From: Candidatus Methylomirabilota bacterium
Lineage (GTDB): Bacteria; Methylomirabilota; Methylomirabilia; Rokubacteriales; CSP1-6
DNA length: 38,437 bases
Reading direction: 5' to 3'
NCBI GenBank assembly: GCA_046726415.1
Contig: JBKPAK010000303.1
Location: forward strand, 1-38,437
Shown: positions 29,070-38,437 of the stretch, one piece after another
Layout: each line of letters opens with the position of its first letter
How positions within the stretch are numbered: position 1 is the stretch's first letter
Position numbers and translations under genes: made by a program
Notes under the pieces: generated by a model
What the model was told of the DNA's origin: nothing
The model's database searches: none
Seen by the model: the letters and a program-made list of their open reading frames with translations, nothing else

Positions 29070-31602
29070 CTAGCCCCCGACCAGCTCTCTCATCTCCGCC
29101 TCCGCCTGCTCGAGCCAGAACGGCATGTCCATCTCGCGGTACATCGTCGTCGCGGTGGTGAGGTGCTCGCGGACCTCCCCGCGCTTGTCTGTCCGCCGGT
29201 AGAGCTTGCCGAGGCCGAGGTGGCAGTGGGCGACGAGGGGGTGCATGCCGAGCTCTTCCGCTAGAGCCAGCGCCTGCTCGAAGGACTGGCGCGCCGTGGT
29301 CAGATCAGCCCGGGCGCTGGCCACGGCACATTCGCCGAGGATCCTCAGAGCCTCGGCCTCGTTGCCCCGCTCCCCATGGCGCCGCGCCAGCTCGAGCGCT
29401 TCCTGCACCGCCTTTCTCGCATCGTCGGGTCGGTTGCCGAGGAGGTGCGCCTCCGCGAGGAGCCAGCGGTGCCGGGAACTGCCCGTGATGCGGCCGATGG
29501 CGGCCCACTGGGCGATCGCCTCCTCGATCAGGGCCAGGGCTTCCGAGTTGCGCCCCTGCAATGCACGAGCATGGCCCAGGGCCGAGCAATGGAAGCCGAG
29601 CCCGAGTGCCACGTCGCGTTCCAGCGCCACGGTCCGGCGCCGCTCCAGCAGGGGAGCGGCGCGGGACGCGTCACCGCGGATCAAGTACGTCGCGCCGAGG
29701 CCCACGAGACCAATGACCAGGCCCAAGGGTCGGGCCACGAACCCCGGGGTCTCGGCGAGGGCGACGGCCTCGGTTCCCCGAGCCACAGCCTCCTCGAACT
29801 CGCCAAGGGTCGCCAGACAGAAGGCCTGCGACCCCAGCATGTTCGGAAGCCGGATATCCGCAGTGCGGTGGAGCTGCTGCTCCAGCGGCACGGCCTTGAG
29901 CGCCGTACTGGATTCTCCCAGGAGCTGGGCGGCGGCCCGGTAGCGCCCCTGAGCGTTGTAGGTCAAGGTGAGCTGGAAGCTGGCGGCCGCCAGATCCACC
30001 GCGTCAGCCCCCTGGGACCGGAGCATGCCGAGGGCGCGCTCCCCGGCGGTCGCGGCGGCGGCGTTCTCGCCGCAGAGTGCGCAGGCACTCGCCGCGCCAC
30101 GCCATGATCAGCGCGAGCCACCGCTCCTCCCCGAGGGCGGTGGCGTCGACGTCCATGGCCTGGAGGTGTGGAAGGACCGTCCGGAAATCGGCGAGCGGGA
30201 TCAACGCGAGGCGTAGCCGCGCGCGCATCTCGAGTGCTTCGCGCGCGCGATCCTGACCTTCGGGGAGATGAGACAAGGCAACGAGCGCCTGCTCGTAGAG
30301 GTTCGCCGCTTCCCGATTGGCCCATCGCTCCCGCGCCCGGTCGCCGGCCTGGCGCAGCAGGCGCGTCGCCGGCCCCCACTGCTCGGCCCGGAACGTATGG
30401 TGCGCGAGCGCCTCGATCTGCTCCTCCAGACGCCCCGCATGCATCCGCTCCATGGCCTCGACGATCCGCGCATGCACCGAGCGGCGGCGCTCCAGAACGA
30501 GGCCGGCGTAGGCGACCTCGTGAGTGAGGGCGTGTTTGAAGGTGTACTCGGCCTCGGGAAAGAGCCGCGTCTCGTATAGGAACTCCGCGCCCTGGAGGCG
30601 TCCGAGAGCCTGCTGGAGCGGGCCCTCCTCCTCGCCGGCGACCGCCGCCAGCAGCGGGTAGGAAACGTCCTTGCCGATGGCCGCGGCGGTCTCGAGGAGC
30701 TGCTTGTCCTCGGCGGCTAGGCGATCGATCCGTGAGGCCAGCAGGGCCTGGACCGAGGCGGGAACCTGGAGCGCGGTGACAGGGTGAGTGAGGCGATGGC
30801 CGCCACGCTCGCCAGCCAGCGCGCCGACCTCGAGGAGCCCACGCACCGATTCCTCGAGAAAGAACGGGTTGCCCTGCGTGCGCTCGAGGAGGAGCCGCTT
30901 GAGCGCGTCGAGGGATGGGTCGGACCCCAGCAGCGCGCGGAGCAGCTCGTCCGCGCTCTCCCCGCCGAGGGGATCGATGCGGAGCTGGCGGTAGTAGGTG
31001 CGGCTGCCCCAGGCATGCCGGTACTCGGGGCGATAGTTCACGAGCAGGAGCACGGACACCGCGGGCAGGCTCTCGAGGAGGCTGTCAAGGATGGCCTGGG
31101 TCTCGCCATCGATCCAGTGGAGGTCCTCGAAGACGAGGACCAGCGGTTGCACCCGGCTCTCGCGGAGAAGGAGCGCCTTGAGCGCCTGGAGCGTCTGGCG
31201 GCGACGGTCGGGCGGCTCCAGGTCCCGGAAGGGGCTGTCCTCGGGCAAGGTGTCGAGGAGGGCGAGCATCGCCGGGATCGTCTCTTCCAGGGTCCGATCC
31301 AACATCAGGACCTTGCCGCCCACCTTTTCCGTGATCGTGCGGGCGTCGTCCCGGGGCTCGATCCGGAAGTACGACTTGAGGAGGTCGATGACCGGCAGGT
31401 AGGCCGTGGCCCTGCCGTAGGACACCGACGCGCTCTCGAGGACCAGCCAGCCCCGGGTCCGGTGGGAGCGGATGAACTCGTAGAAGAGCCGCGACTTCCC
31501 CACGCCGGGCTCCCCGACCACGGCCACCACCTGTCCATGCCCCGCGGCCGCCTGCTCCTGCGCCGCCCGGAGCTGCTCCATCTCGGCCTCGCGGCCCACG
31601 AA
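29070..31602 (-). pseudogene. Adenylate/guanylate-cyclase-type AAA ATPase-TPR (STAND-like) protein; N-terminus deleted, frameshift near 30075
   Basis: FVGREAEME, Walker A GEPGVGKSRL, VLVFEDLHWID, TQGNPFFLEE, YTFKHALTHEVAY, TPR tail GMHPLVAHCHLGLGKLYRRT...MYREMDMPFWLEQAE. Confidence 0.88.
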
Positions 31603-32726
31603 GCACCGGTGGGCGGCAGGGCTATCTGCTCGCCCAGGAGCTGGGGAGAGAACTCGAGGGCATTCTGGCCAACGCGCCGGCGATCTACTGGACGCGCTTT
31701 CAGACGGCACAGATGTGGGGTCAGATCCTGATGAAGGACCTCCTGGGCGGGCCGACGGCCGCGGCCAAACTCAGCCAGGCGACGGCCTCCGCCGTGGCGG
31801 CGTGCGATGCGGCCGACGGCGTGACGGACAGCGTGATCGACGATCCGCGCATGTGCCAGTTCAGCGCCACCGCCAACATCTGTGGCGCGCCGACCGCGCC
31901 GGCGACCAACTGCCTGACCTCCGCCGAAGCGGAGGTCATCGACAGGATCTGGGACGGACCGAGAAACACGGAGCGCCGGCGGATCTGGTTCGGCCTCGAT
32001 CGCGGCACCAACCTCGGGGCGTTGAACGGCGCCAACCCGTTCTCCCTCGGCGTCACGCAGTTCCATTGGAACGAGCATGACCGCAACTTCGACTGGCGCA
32101 CAGTCAGCGTCGACGAATATCCGCAGGTGGCCCAGGACGGCTCGCGCAACATTGCGGACGTGACCGATACTTTCGGCGATCTCGACGTGTTCCGGCGCCA
32201 CGGCGGCAAGCTGCTGACCTTCGTCGGCGCCAACGACCAGCTGATCATGCCGCGGGGCGTCATCAACTACTACCGGGAGATGGCCTCGCGCTTCGGGCAG
32301 GGCGGCGCGCCGGACTTCGAGGGCCTGCAACCATTCTATCGCCTGTTCCGCGCACCGGGTGTCGCCCACTGCGGCGGCGGCACCGGCCCGCAGCCCCAGA
32401 ACCTGTTGGGCGCGCTCGTGAATTGGGTGGAGAACGGCGTGGCGCCGACGCAGATCCTGGCGCAGAGCACGAGCGGCGGCGTCACGCGCACGCGCCCGCT
32501 GTGCCCCTATCCCCAGACCGCCATCTACAACGGCACCGGCAGCACGGATGACGCGGCCAACTTCCATTGCGGTGGCGACCTGGAAGCGCCGGACGTCGTC
32601 TGCGCCGACGTGCTGACGAAGTACAAGCACGAGGTGAAGGGCCCCCTCGACTTTAGCGGCTCGGGCGTGAACCACCACATCTGCTTTGGTGGTGCGCATC
32701 CGGATGGCTCGGAGGGTGAAGATTAG
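31602..32726 (+). pseudogene. Tannase/feruloyl esterase, N-terminal half deleted
   Basis: In frame from 31602: STGGRQGYLLAQ (nucleophile elbow), CDAADGVTD...DPRMC, GANDQLI (Asp), PGVAHCGGG (His), RTRPLCPYPQ. Confidence 0.85.
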
Positions 32727-32854
32727 CGTCGCAATTGTCGACCACGAGCAGGAGGTGCTTCACCTCGAGTTCGCCGGCCAGCGTGCCGCGCCGGGACAAG
32801 GCGAATGCGGTCCCGCCTTCGCACACGCCTGCTTCGGACTCCCCCGGTTACGGG

Positions 32855-33670
32855 TCAGAACAGCGGGGTCGAGATGTCGCCCCAGCGCACGTGGGGCGGA
32901 GGCGTGTCGATGCCCGTAATCTCGCCCGACCTCATATTGACGCGAACCACGACGATCGGCTCGCGTCCATAGGCCCGCTTGACGATCGCCTCGCCGCGCG
33001 GGTCAGGATCGTGGCTCCGCGGCCGAGTGAAGAGGACGCGGTACCGGGTGCGATCGAAGTCGAAGGGGACATGGTGTCCGCGACCGGTCGCTGGCCGAAC
33101 CCGGGCCGACGGAGGATCCAGAGGGAGGTCGGGGATCATCCACGCCTCGGGGAAGACGTAGACCAGCAGCTTCCCACCCTGTCCCATCGCGCTGAGCCGC
33201 TCGCCGACCGTCAAAACGGTTCCTCTGCTACTGGTGATGACGATATCGTCGGTCATGGGCGTTGCGGGCGCGGTCACGGCCAAGTAGTAGCGCAGTTTTG
33301 ACGCGAAAGACTGGACGAACGAGACACGCAGCCAGCGGACGGAGCCGTCGGGCCATGTGGCGACGGGCTCGACCTGGGCCGGCACGCGCGCTCCGAGGCT
33401 GTCCACCACGCCGAGTGGAGTATCGGCCGCCAGCGCGCGGGTCGGAACGGCACGCCGAAGGTTACGGGCCAGCTCTTGACGCTCGTCGACCCCGGGTGTC
33501 GGTGGAGCTCGACGAGCGGTCTAGGAAATAGCGTCGGGGCAGTTGCCGCGGCGTCTTTGCTGGTGGCCGCACATGCCACCAGCCAAAGGAGCGTGGCACA
33601 CCATCCCAAGGGGCATCCTCGGGGGAGCAGTCGGCCAAAATGTTGCGCGCGTCCTGGCGCTCTCATAATG
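32855..33670 (-). pseudogene. Chimeric or frameshifted remnant: lipoprotein signal plus YetA/exo-rhamnogalacturonan-lyase-like N-domain fused to an unrelated C-terminus
   Basis: LLWLVAC lipobox, PVTFGVPF / VPAQVEPVATWPDGSVRWL, then an abrupt change to ...YRVLFTRPR...PPPHVRWGDISTPLF. Confidence 0.5.
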
Positions 33671-33990
33671 CGAGCGCCGCGGGAAGCTAGACGAGTGATC
33701 ACTTCGACTATTGCGGCTCTTTTGTACCTTGGCCAAGAGTCAGGGCACCCTATATCCGAACGACCCGAGTTTCATCCCGAGAGGTGGACAGACCTTCTAT
33801 GGAGGCACAAAACATATTTATGCGCTCCAGGGCACGCAGTACCGTTTGAGAACGGTTGCCGAATTCTGTGGTTGAAGGAGCCGGCGACGGTGCGAGACGG
33901 CGTCGTTGGCGCCTACTCTAGGAGTGCAGCGGTTGGTAATCCGGTCATGCGATCACCTCCCTATGCGGGCTGACAGCTCTTACCGCAGGG

Positions 33991-34460
33991 TCACGGCGGC
34001 ATCCGCTCGAGACGCAGGACAGCCTCCACGCCATAGTGATCGGAGAAGTAGCACCGCAGCGACTGGTTGGCCTCCACCCAACCGTCGGACCCCAGGTCGG
34101 GATCGAAGCACTGCCGCGTCCGCGACTGCTCACGAGGGTCGAGCGGGTCGCCCATCACAGCAATCGATACGAGCGTGAGCCGGAAGCCGGACCCGTCCAA
34201 CACGCGCAGCCGCTCCCGCGTTGGGTTCTGCGGATCGTGGCCTCCCCACTGATTCGCGTAGGCGTTCACCCCACTGTCAACGGTGTAACCGACTGTAGCC
34301 CCGACTGTGAGCGGGTGGGCCAAGCGAAACAGGTCCGCGGCCGTCGTGCCGCCGAGTGCCGCAATCAGGGTGGGCAGCTCGGGGCCCGCGAGGGGCGGTG
34401 AGCCGACTTCGCCCGCGATGTTGTAGTCCCCCATGAACAGGAAAACAGGATGGGGTGCCC
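33991..34460 (-). pseudogene. Endonuclease/exonuclease/phosphatase (EEP) family C-terminal fragment
   Basis: MGDYN and FSDHYGV catalytic motifs; the N-terminus is missing. Confidence 0.7.
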
Positions 34461-34464
34461 CATC

Positions 34465-35115
34465 CTATGAAAGAGGATGACGTGCGATGTCGAGCAGCAG
34501 TTTCTGGAGCTCGATAATTTCGGTACGGATCCCGCCGCGACTTTCCCACCACCGGTCCGGGTCGAATTCCGAGTGGGGCGCGGGCCGAACCGTGACTCTC
34601 GTAGGGTGCCCCCTCATAGCTCGACGCAGCACCCGACGTAGACGCCGCGAATGGTCGGCTGTGGTCACGACCACAACTGAACGGAACTGGTGTTGATCGC
34701 ACCAGCCCGGAAGCACATCAGCTTCGCCCTGTGTTCCAGCGTCAGCCCTGGGAAGCTGCTCGATGGCCATCACGCCAAGCGACCTGAGTTGACGCGTCAG
34801 TCGTGCCGCCTCATCTTCGTAAGGAACTCCACGCCGGATGAACTCTCGATCCACCCGGCCGGGAGGGTCAGCAAACACTGCCACTCGAGTGGCGATACCG
34901 CGGCGAACGAGGTCGGCCGCCTCGAGCACCCCGGGGCCGTCGGCATCTGTCGCCACGACGATAATGTCCGCCGGCTCGACTGGCTCGTTGACAAGTAGCA
35001 CCCATCCGGCGGCTCGAAGAAGCGATTCTCTGGTAGGGGGTGCACCAACGATGACGGCCCCTACGAGGAGGACCACCGCCAAGACCCTGGTCCAGCGTAG
35101 CCGCTGAGCGATCAT
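34465..35115 (-). CDS. YdcF/DUF218-like membrane-anchored protein
   Basis: N-terminal TM helix, GWVLLVNEPVEPADIIVV, VVVVTTADHSRR, FDPDRWWESR...TEIIELQK. Confidence 0.72.
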   Translation of the reverse strand: MIAQRLRWTRVLAVVLLVGAVIVGAPPTRESLLRAAGWVLLVNEPVEPADIIVVATDADGPGVLEAADLVRRGIATRVAVFADPPGRVDREFIRRGVPYEDEAARLTRQLRSLGVMAIEQLPRADAGTQGEADVLPGWCDQHQFRSVVVVTTADHSRRLRRVLRRAMRGHPTRVTVRPAPHSEFDPDRWWESRGGIRTEIIELQKLLLDIARHPLS

Positions 35116-35739
35116 GCCTTTGGATCAGTCTCCAAGAAGATTAGCCCACGTTCAGGGGAAGCTTCCACTACAAGTACCTCTTCTAGGACGCTGGCAACGC
35201 CGAAAATGCGGAGTACTCCTCTGATGCTACGGGGCATGAGCGACCAGATCATGCTGAATCTTCTTGCCACCCTCGGTGTTGGACCGCGGCACCACTCAGC
35301 GCAGACCGGCGCCTCGCTGGCCGCCCGACGGCGACGCCAACCGTGTGACCATCGGCATCCCGCTGTTTCGCGACCGTTTCGCCCCCGATAGCGATCGCGA
35401 TCCAGCGGCGCGCAGGATAGGGTGACGGCTAGCTATCCAGGGCCGGAGCCCTCCCGCGCGCGTGACCCGACGCGATCGGCTCCCTTCTATAGGCGGCGTC
35501 CATCGCCAGGGGACCCGCCCCGACGACCTACACCACGTCGAGGGTATCAACCTCTTCTCGGAAGCGCCCCGGCGCCCGCGGATGCTCAGCAGGAGCCTCG
35601 GTCACCGGGACTCCTAAGCCAGAGCGAAAGACGCGTGTGTTCTGCAACGCCAGCGGCGGCGTGCTCACTATGTGAAGGTTCTTGCATTCTCCAGACTCGC
35701 AACTCTCACGCAATCGCACCCTTAGACCGGACAGGACCG

Positions 35740-35754
35740 TGGCACGGCCTATGC
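35740..35754 (+). promoter_or_regulatory. Putative sigma54 (-24/-12) promoter for the HAF/oxidase operon
   Basis: TGGCAC-GGCCT-ATGC with correct GG-N10-GC spacing, about 280 bp upstream of ATG 36038. Confidence 0.45.
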
Positions 35755-36037
35755 GGGCAGCCTCTGTGAGAAGGGGCAAGAGGCGAAGTCCCTAGGCTGG
35801 TTGGAAAAGGAAAGTCGTGCGGTTCGGCGCCGCATCGTCGGTGAAGTGATGCTATGAGCGAAATCTCCATCCGGCTTCGCCAGGGGGTGCGCCCAATGGC
35901 CATCGAGGGACGAGGGGCCCGACTGGGTGTTTACGGGAATGCGCGAACGGCGCGAGGACGCTTGTGGGTCTCCCCCGTTCGCGATGAACCGAGTCCAGCA
36001 CGCGTGACCGCGGCGCCGTTATGACGGGAGGGTCAGC

Positions 36038-37135
36038 ATGAGAGAGCTCGAACGATTGTTCCCCCCACGCCTCGCCCTCGCGCCAGTCGTCGCCGTTATC
36101 CTCCTTGCCCTGTTCCCCGTCGGGCGCTCCGCGTCGGCGGTCACGTACACCGTGATCGATCTCGCCACGCTTGGGCAGGGATCGACTGTCGTCGTGCGTG
36201 GCCCGAACGGAGCGGGCACCGCCGTCGGTGGCGGCCCGGTTGCCGGCGCGCGCCGAGGGCTCGTCTTCACGCGCGGAGGCCTGCAAGAGATCAGCGGGCT
36301 GGGTGGCAGTGACTACACGACGGTCTTCGGCATCAACGATGTCGGGGACGTCGCGGGAGGCTCAAACACGGCGACTGCCGTCAGAGCGTTCCGGAGTACG
36401 CAGGCTGGGGGCACGCGGGAGTTGCCTCCGCTGGCCGGCGACACGGGCAGCACCGCCTTCGCGCTGAATAAGCCGGGCCAGGCGGTCGGGTTCTCGAGCG
36501 GGCCCGGCGGCGAGCGCGCCGTTCTCTGGGCGGCCAACGGCACGGTCAGCGCGCTACCCGGCGCCTCGAGTGCCCAGACCAGTCGCGCGCTGGGGATCAA
36601 TGAGCGGGGCGACGTCGTCGGCGCGTGGGACACCGGGTCTGGTCTACGCGCGATTCTATGGCCGCGCGGCGGCCCCGCCCAGGACCTGGGCACCCTCCCA
36701 GGTCACACCACAAGTGAGGCGGTTGCCGTGAACGCGCGTGGCGACGTCGTCGGCTATTCCGCCGACGTGACCGGCGCGCGCCGGGCAACGCTGTGGCAGG
36801 CGGGGGGCGGCAGCCTCGATCTGGGAACGCTTCCGGGCGGCGACTTCAGTCAGGCGATGGGGATCAATGACGCCGGCGACATCGTCGGGGCGTCGACGAG
36901 CAGCGTCGGCAGCCGCGCGGTCATCTGGACCTCCAACGGGCTTCAGGACCTGAACGATCTCATCGCCCCGTCCTCGATTGTGCTGACACAGGCGGTCGGC
37001 ATCAACCCCCCCGGGATGGTCGTTGCGATTGGGCGCGACGCCGGTGACGAGGCCGGCACTGCTGGCCATGGGCATGAGGATCACGAGCTTCCCGTGCAAG
37101 TATTCCTCCTCCTGCCGTCGGGGGGGCGGCCATGA
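36038..37135 (+). CDS. Secreted HAF-repeat beta-propeller protein
   Basis: Signal peptide; repeated DLGTLPG..S.A.GIN..GD.VG.S...RA.LW units; RBS GGGAGG. Confidence 0.88.
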   Translation: MRELERLFPPRLALAPVVAVILLALFPVGRSASAVTYTVIDLATLGQGSTVVVRGPNGAGTAVGGGPVAGARRGLVFTRGGLQEISGLGGSDYTTVFGINDVGDVAGGSNTATAVRAFRSTQAGGTRELPPLAGDTGSTAFALNKPGQAVGFSSGPGGERAVLWAANGTVSALPGASSAQTSRALGINERGDVVGAWDTGSGLRAILWPRGGPAQDLGTLPGHTTSEAVAVNARGDVVGYSADVTGARRATLWQAGGGSLDLGTLPGGDFSQAMGINDAGDIVGASTSSVGSRAVIWTSNGLQDLNDLIAPSSIVLTQAVGINPPGMVVAIGRDAGDEAGTAGHGHEDHELPVQVFLLLPSGGRP

Positions 37136-38437
37136 CGCTCAAGCGACTCTTCACGCTCGTCCCGGCGTGCCTGCTCGTCGCGCTCATGTTGCTGTCGTCG
37201 GTGGCGGTGAACGCGCAATCCGACCAGGTCGGGCAGTGGGAGACGCTGACGACGCTTCCGTTCTTTCCGGTCCACGTTCACCTGCTGCCGACCGGCAAGG
37301 TGATGATCTGGCCCGGCGACGGAGGCATCTCGGGCAACGATCCGCGACGGTGGGACCCGGCGGACCAGGACCTGACGACGCTTGCGCAACCCGGGTATGA
37401 CCTCTTCTGCAGCGGCCATGCCTTCCTCGCCGATGGGCGGCTGTTCGTCGCCGGCGGTCATATCCAGAACGGCGTCGGACTCCCGAAGGCCACTCTCTAC
37501 AACTCGTTCTCGAACACCTGGGCCGCGGCGCCCGACATGAACAGGGGACGATGGTATCCGACGGTCACGACGCTGGCAAACGGCGATGCGCTCGTCGTGT
37601 CCGGAAGTATCGACAACACGGTCGGGGTGAACACGCTGCCCCAGGTCTACCAGGCTGAGACGGGCACGTGGCGCAGTCTGACGAGCGCGCAGCTCGCTCT
37701 AGACCTGTACCCGATGATGTTCCTCGCTCCGAATGGGAAGGTCTTCAATGCCGCCCCGACCCAGACGACCCGCTATCTCGACACCTCGGGCACCGGATCG
37801 TGGTCCTTCGTGGAGAATCGCACCTTCGGCGGCCGGAGCTATGGATCCGCCGTCATGTATGCCGACGGTAAGATCCTGGTGGTCGGCGGGGGTGATCCAC
37901 CAACCAATACCGCGGAGGTCATTGACCTGAACCAGACGTCGCCGGCGTGGCGCTCCGTGGCGCCCATGAGCGTCGCCCGGCGCCAACTCAACGCGACGCT
38001 GCTGCCTGACGGCAAGGTGCTCGTCACGGGCGGTACGTCCGGCTCCGGGTTCAACAACCCGGACACCCCGGTCTACCCGGCGGAGGTCTGGGATCCGGCG
38101 ACAGAAACCTGGACGACACTGGCGAGCGCGACGGTGCCGCGGCTCTATCACTCAGCAGCCGTCCTGTTGCCGGACGGGCGTGTGCTCAGCACCGGTGGAA
38201 ACGGCCATCCGACGCCCGAGGCCTTTTCGCCGCCGTACCTCTTCAAGGGCCCGCGTCCGACGCTGTCTGCAGTGCCGTCGACCATCGGCTACGGTCAGAG
38301 TTTTTCGGTGCAGAGTCCGGAGGCAGCGAACATCATCAAGGTGACGCTGATCCGCATCGCGTCCGTGATGCACGCCTTCAACGAAAACCAACGCCTCAGC
38401 GTGCTGAGCTTCACGCTCGGGCCGGGCGCGCTCGACA
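37132..38437 (+). CDS. Secreted copper-radical oxidase (AA5, galactose/glyoxal oxidase-like Kelch propeller plus C-terminal Ig-like domain), 3'-partial
   Basis: Translated by hand because it is absent from the ORF track: MTLKRLFTLVPACLL...AQ signal, DLFCSGH, RWYPT, RRQLNATLLPDGKVLVTGG, RLYHSAAVLLPDGRV, FSPPYLFKGPRP, SVMHAFNENQR. ATGA overlap with the HAF gene; runs off the window. Confidence 0.92.
   Translation, partial: MTLKRLFTLVPACLLVALMLLSSVAVNAQSDQVGQWETLTTLPFFPVHVHLLPTGKVMIWPGDGGISGNDPRRWDPADQDLTTLAQPGYDLFCSGHAFLADGRLFVAGGHIQNGVGLPKATLYNSFSNTWAAAPDMNRGRWYPTVTTLANGDALVVSGSIDNTVGVNTLPQVYQAETGTWRSLTSAQLALDLYPMMFLAPNGKVFNAAPTQTTRYLDTSGTGSWSFVENRTFGGRSYGSAVMYADGKILVVGGGDPPTNTAEVIDLNQTSPAWRSVAPMSVARRQLNATLLPDGKVLVTGGTSGSGFNNPDTPVYPAEVWDPATETWTTLASATVPRLYHSAAVLLPDGRVLSTGGNGHPTPEAFSPPYLFKGPRPTLSAVPSTIGYGQSFSVQSPEAANIIKVTLIRIASVMHAFNENQRLSVLSFTLGPGALD

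Noticed and set aside
31603..31710. N-terminus of the 568-aa minus ORF (MPSESASS...)
   Set aside because: Antisense read-through of the tannase remnant, not part of the AAA-TPR protein.
33700..33990. AT-richer intergenic stretch with a small hairpin (ACCGTTTGAGAACGGT) vaguely like a c-di-GMP-I riboswitch P2
   Set aside because: Lacks the GGCAAACC / GACGCAAAGC consensus elements.
35886..35894. GGTGCGCCC, reverse complement of part of the tRNA-Arg 3' end, as a possible attR
   Set aside because: Too short, in the wrong orientation, and also present near 26818.

Overview
A GC-rich bacterial window. The gene repertoire (adenylate-cyclase-type AAA-TPR protein, small CxxC/HxxC proteins, LysM-TPR lipoprotein) suggests a soil Methylomirabilota/Rokubacteria-like organism, by inference only. 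Positions 1-4.3 kb look like core chromosome: a polysaccharide deacetylase / LysM-TPR lipoprotein / HAD operon, then a sigma54-type promoter in front of an XRE regulator and two small membrane or secreted genes. A tRNA-Ser(GCT)-tRNA-Arg(ACG) pair follows, and directly after it a truncated tyrosine integrase marks the start of a heavily decayed genomic island. The island is a mosaic of mobile-element debris (DUF3987-type replicase, an unclassified IS-like gene, ISL3, IS256, two IS110 left ends, two copies of an unexplained 50-bp terminal-like sequence) and many truncated or frameshifted genes. Among the debris sit intact genes: a secreted beta-helix protein, a glycosylation block (GT-C transferase with a C-terminal CBM-like domain, two CDP-paratose-2-epimerase-like SDRs, GT2, methyltransferase), a Tat gluconolactonase, an HtrA protease, a discoidin-like protein, a YdcF-like protein, and at the right end a HAF-repeat protein followed by an AA5 copper-radical oxidase that the ORF track misses. 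The best leads are two diverged, structure-conserving IS110 left non-coding ends (candidate bridge-RNA scaffolds), a 50-bp direct repeat sitting at two gene-truncation junctions, and a ~170-aa domain shared by the GT-C enzyme and a Ser/Thr-rich surface-protein remnant. No CRISPR array or rRNA was seen.
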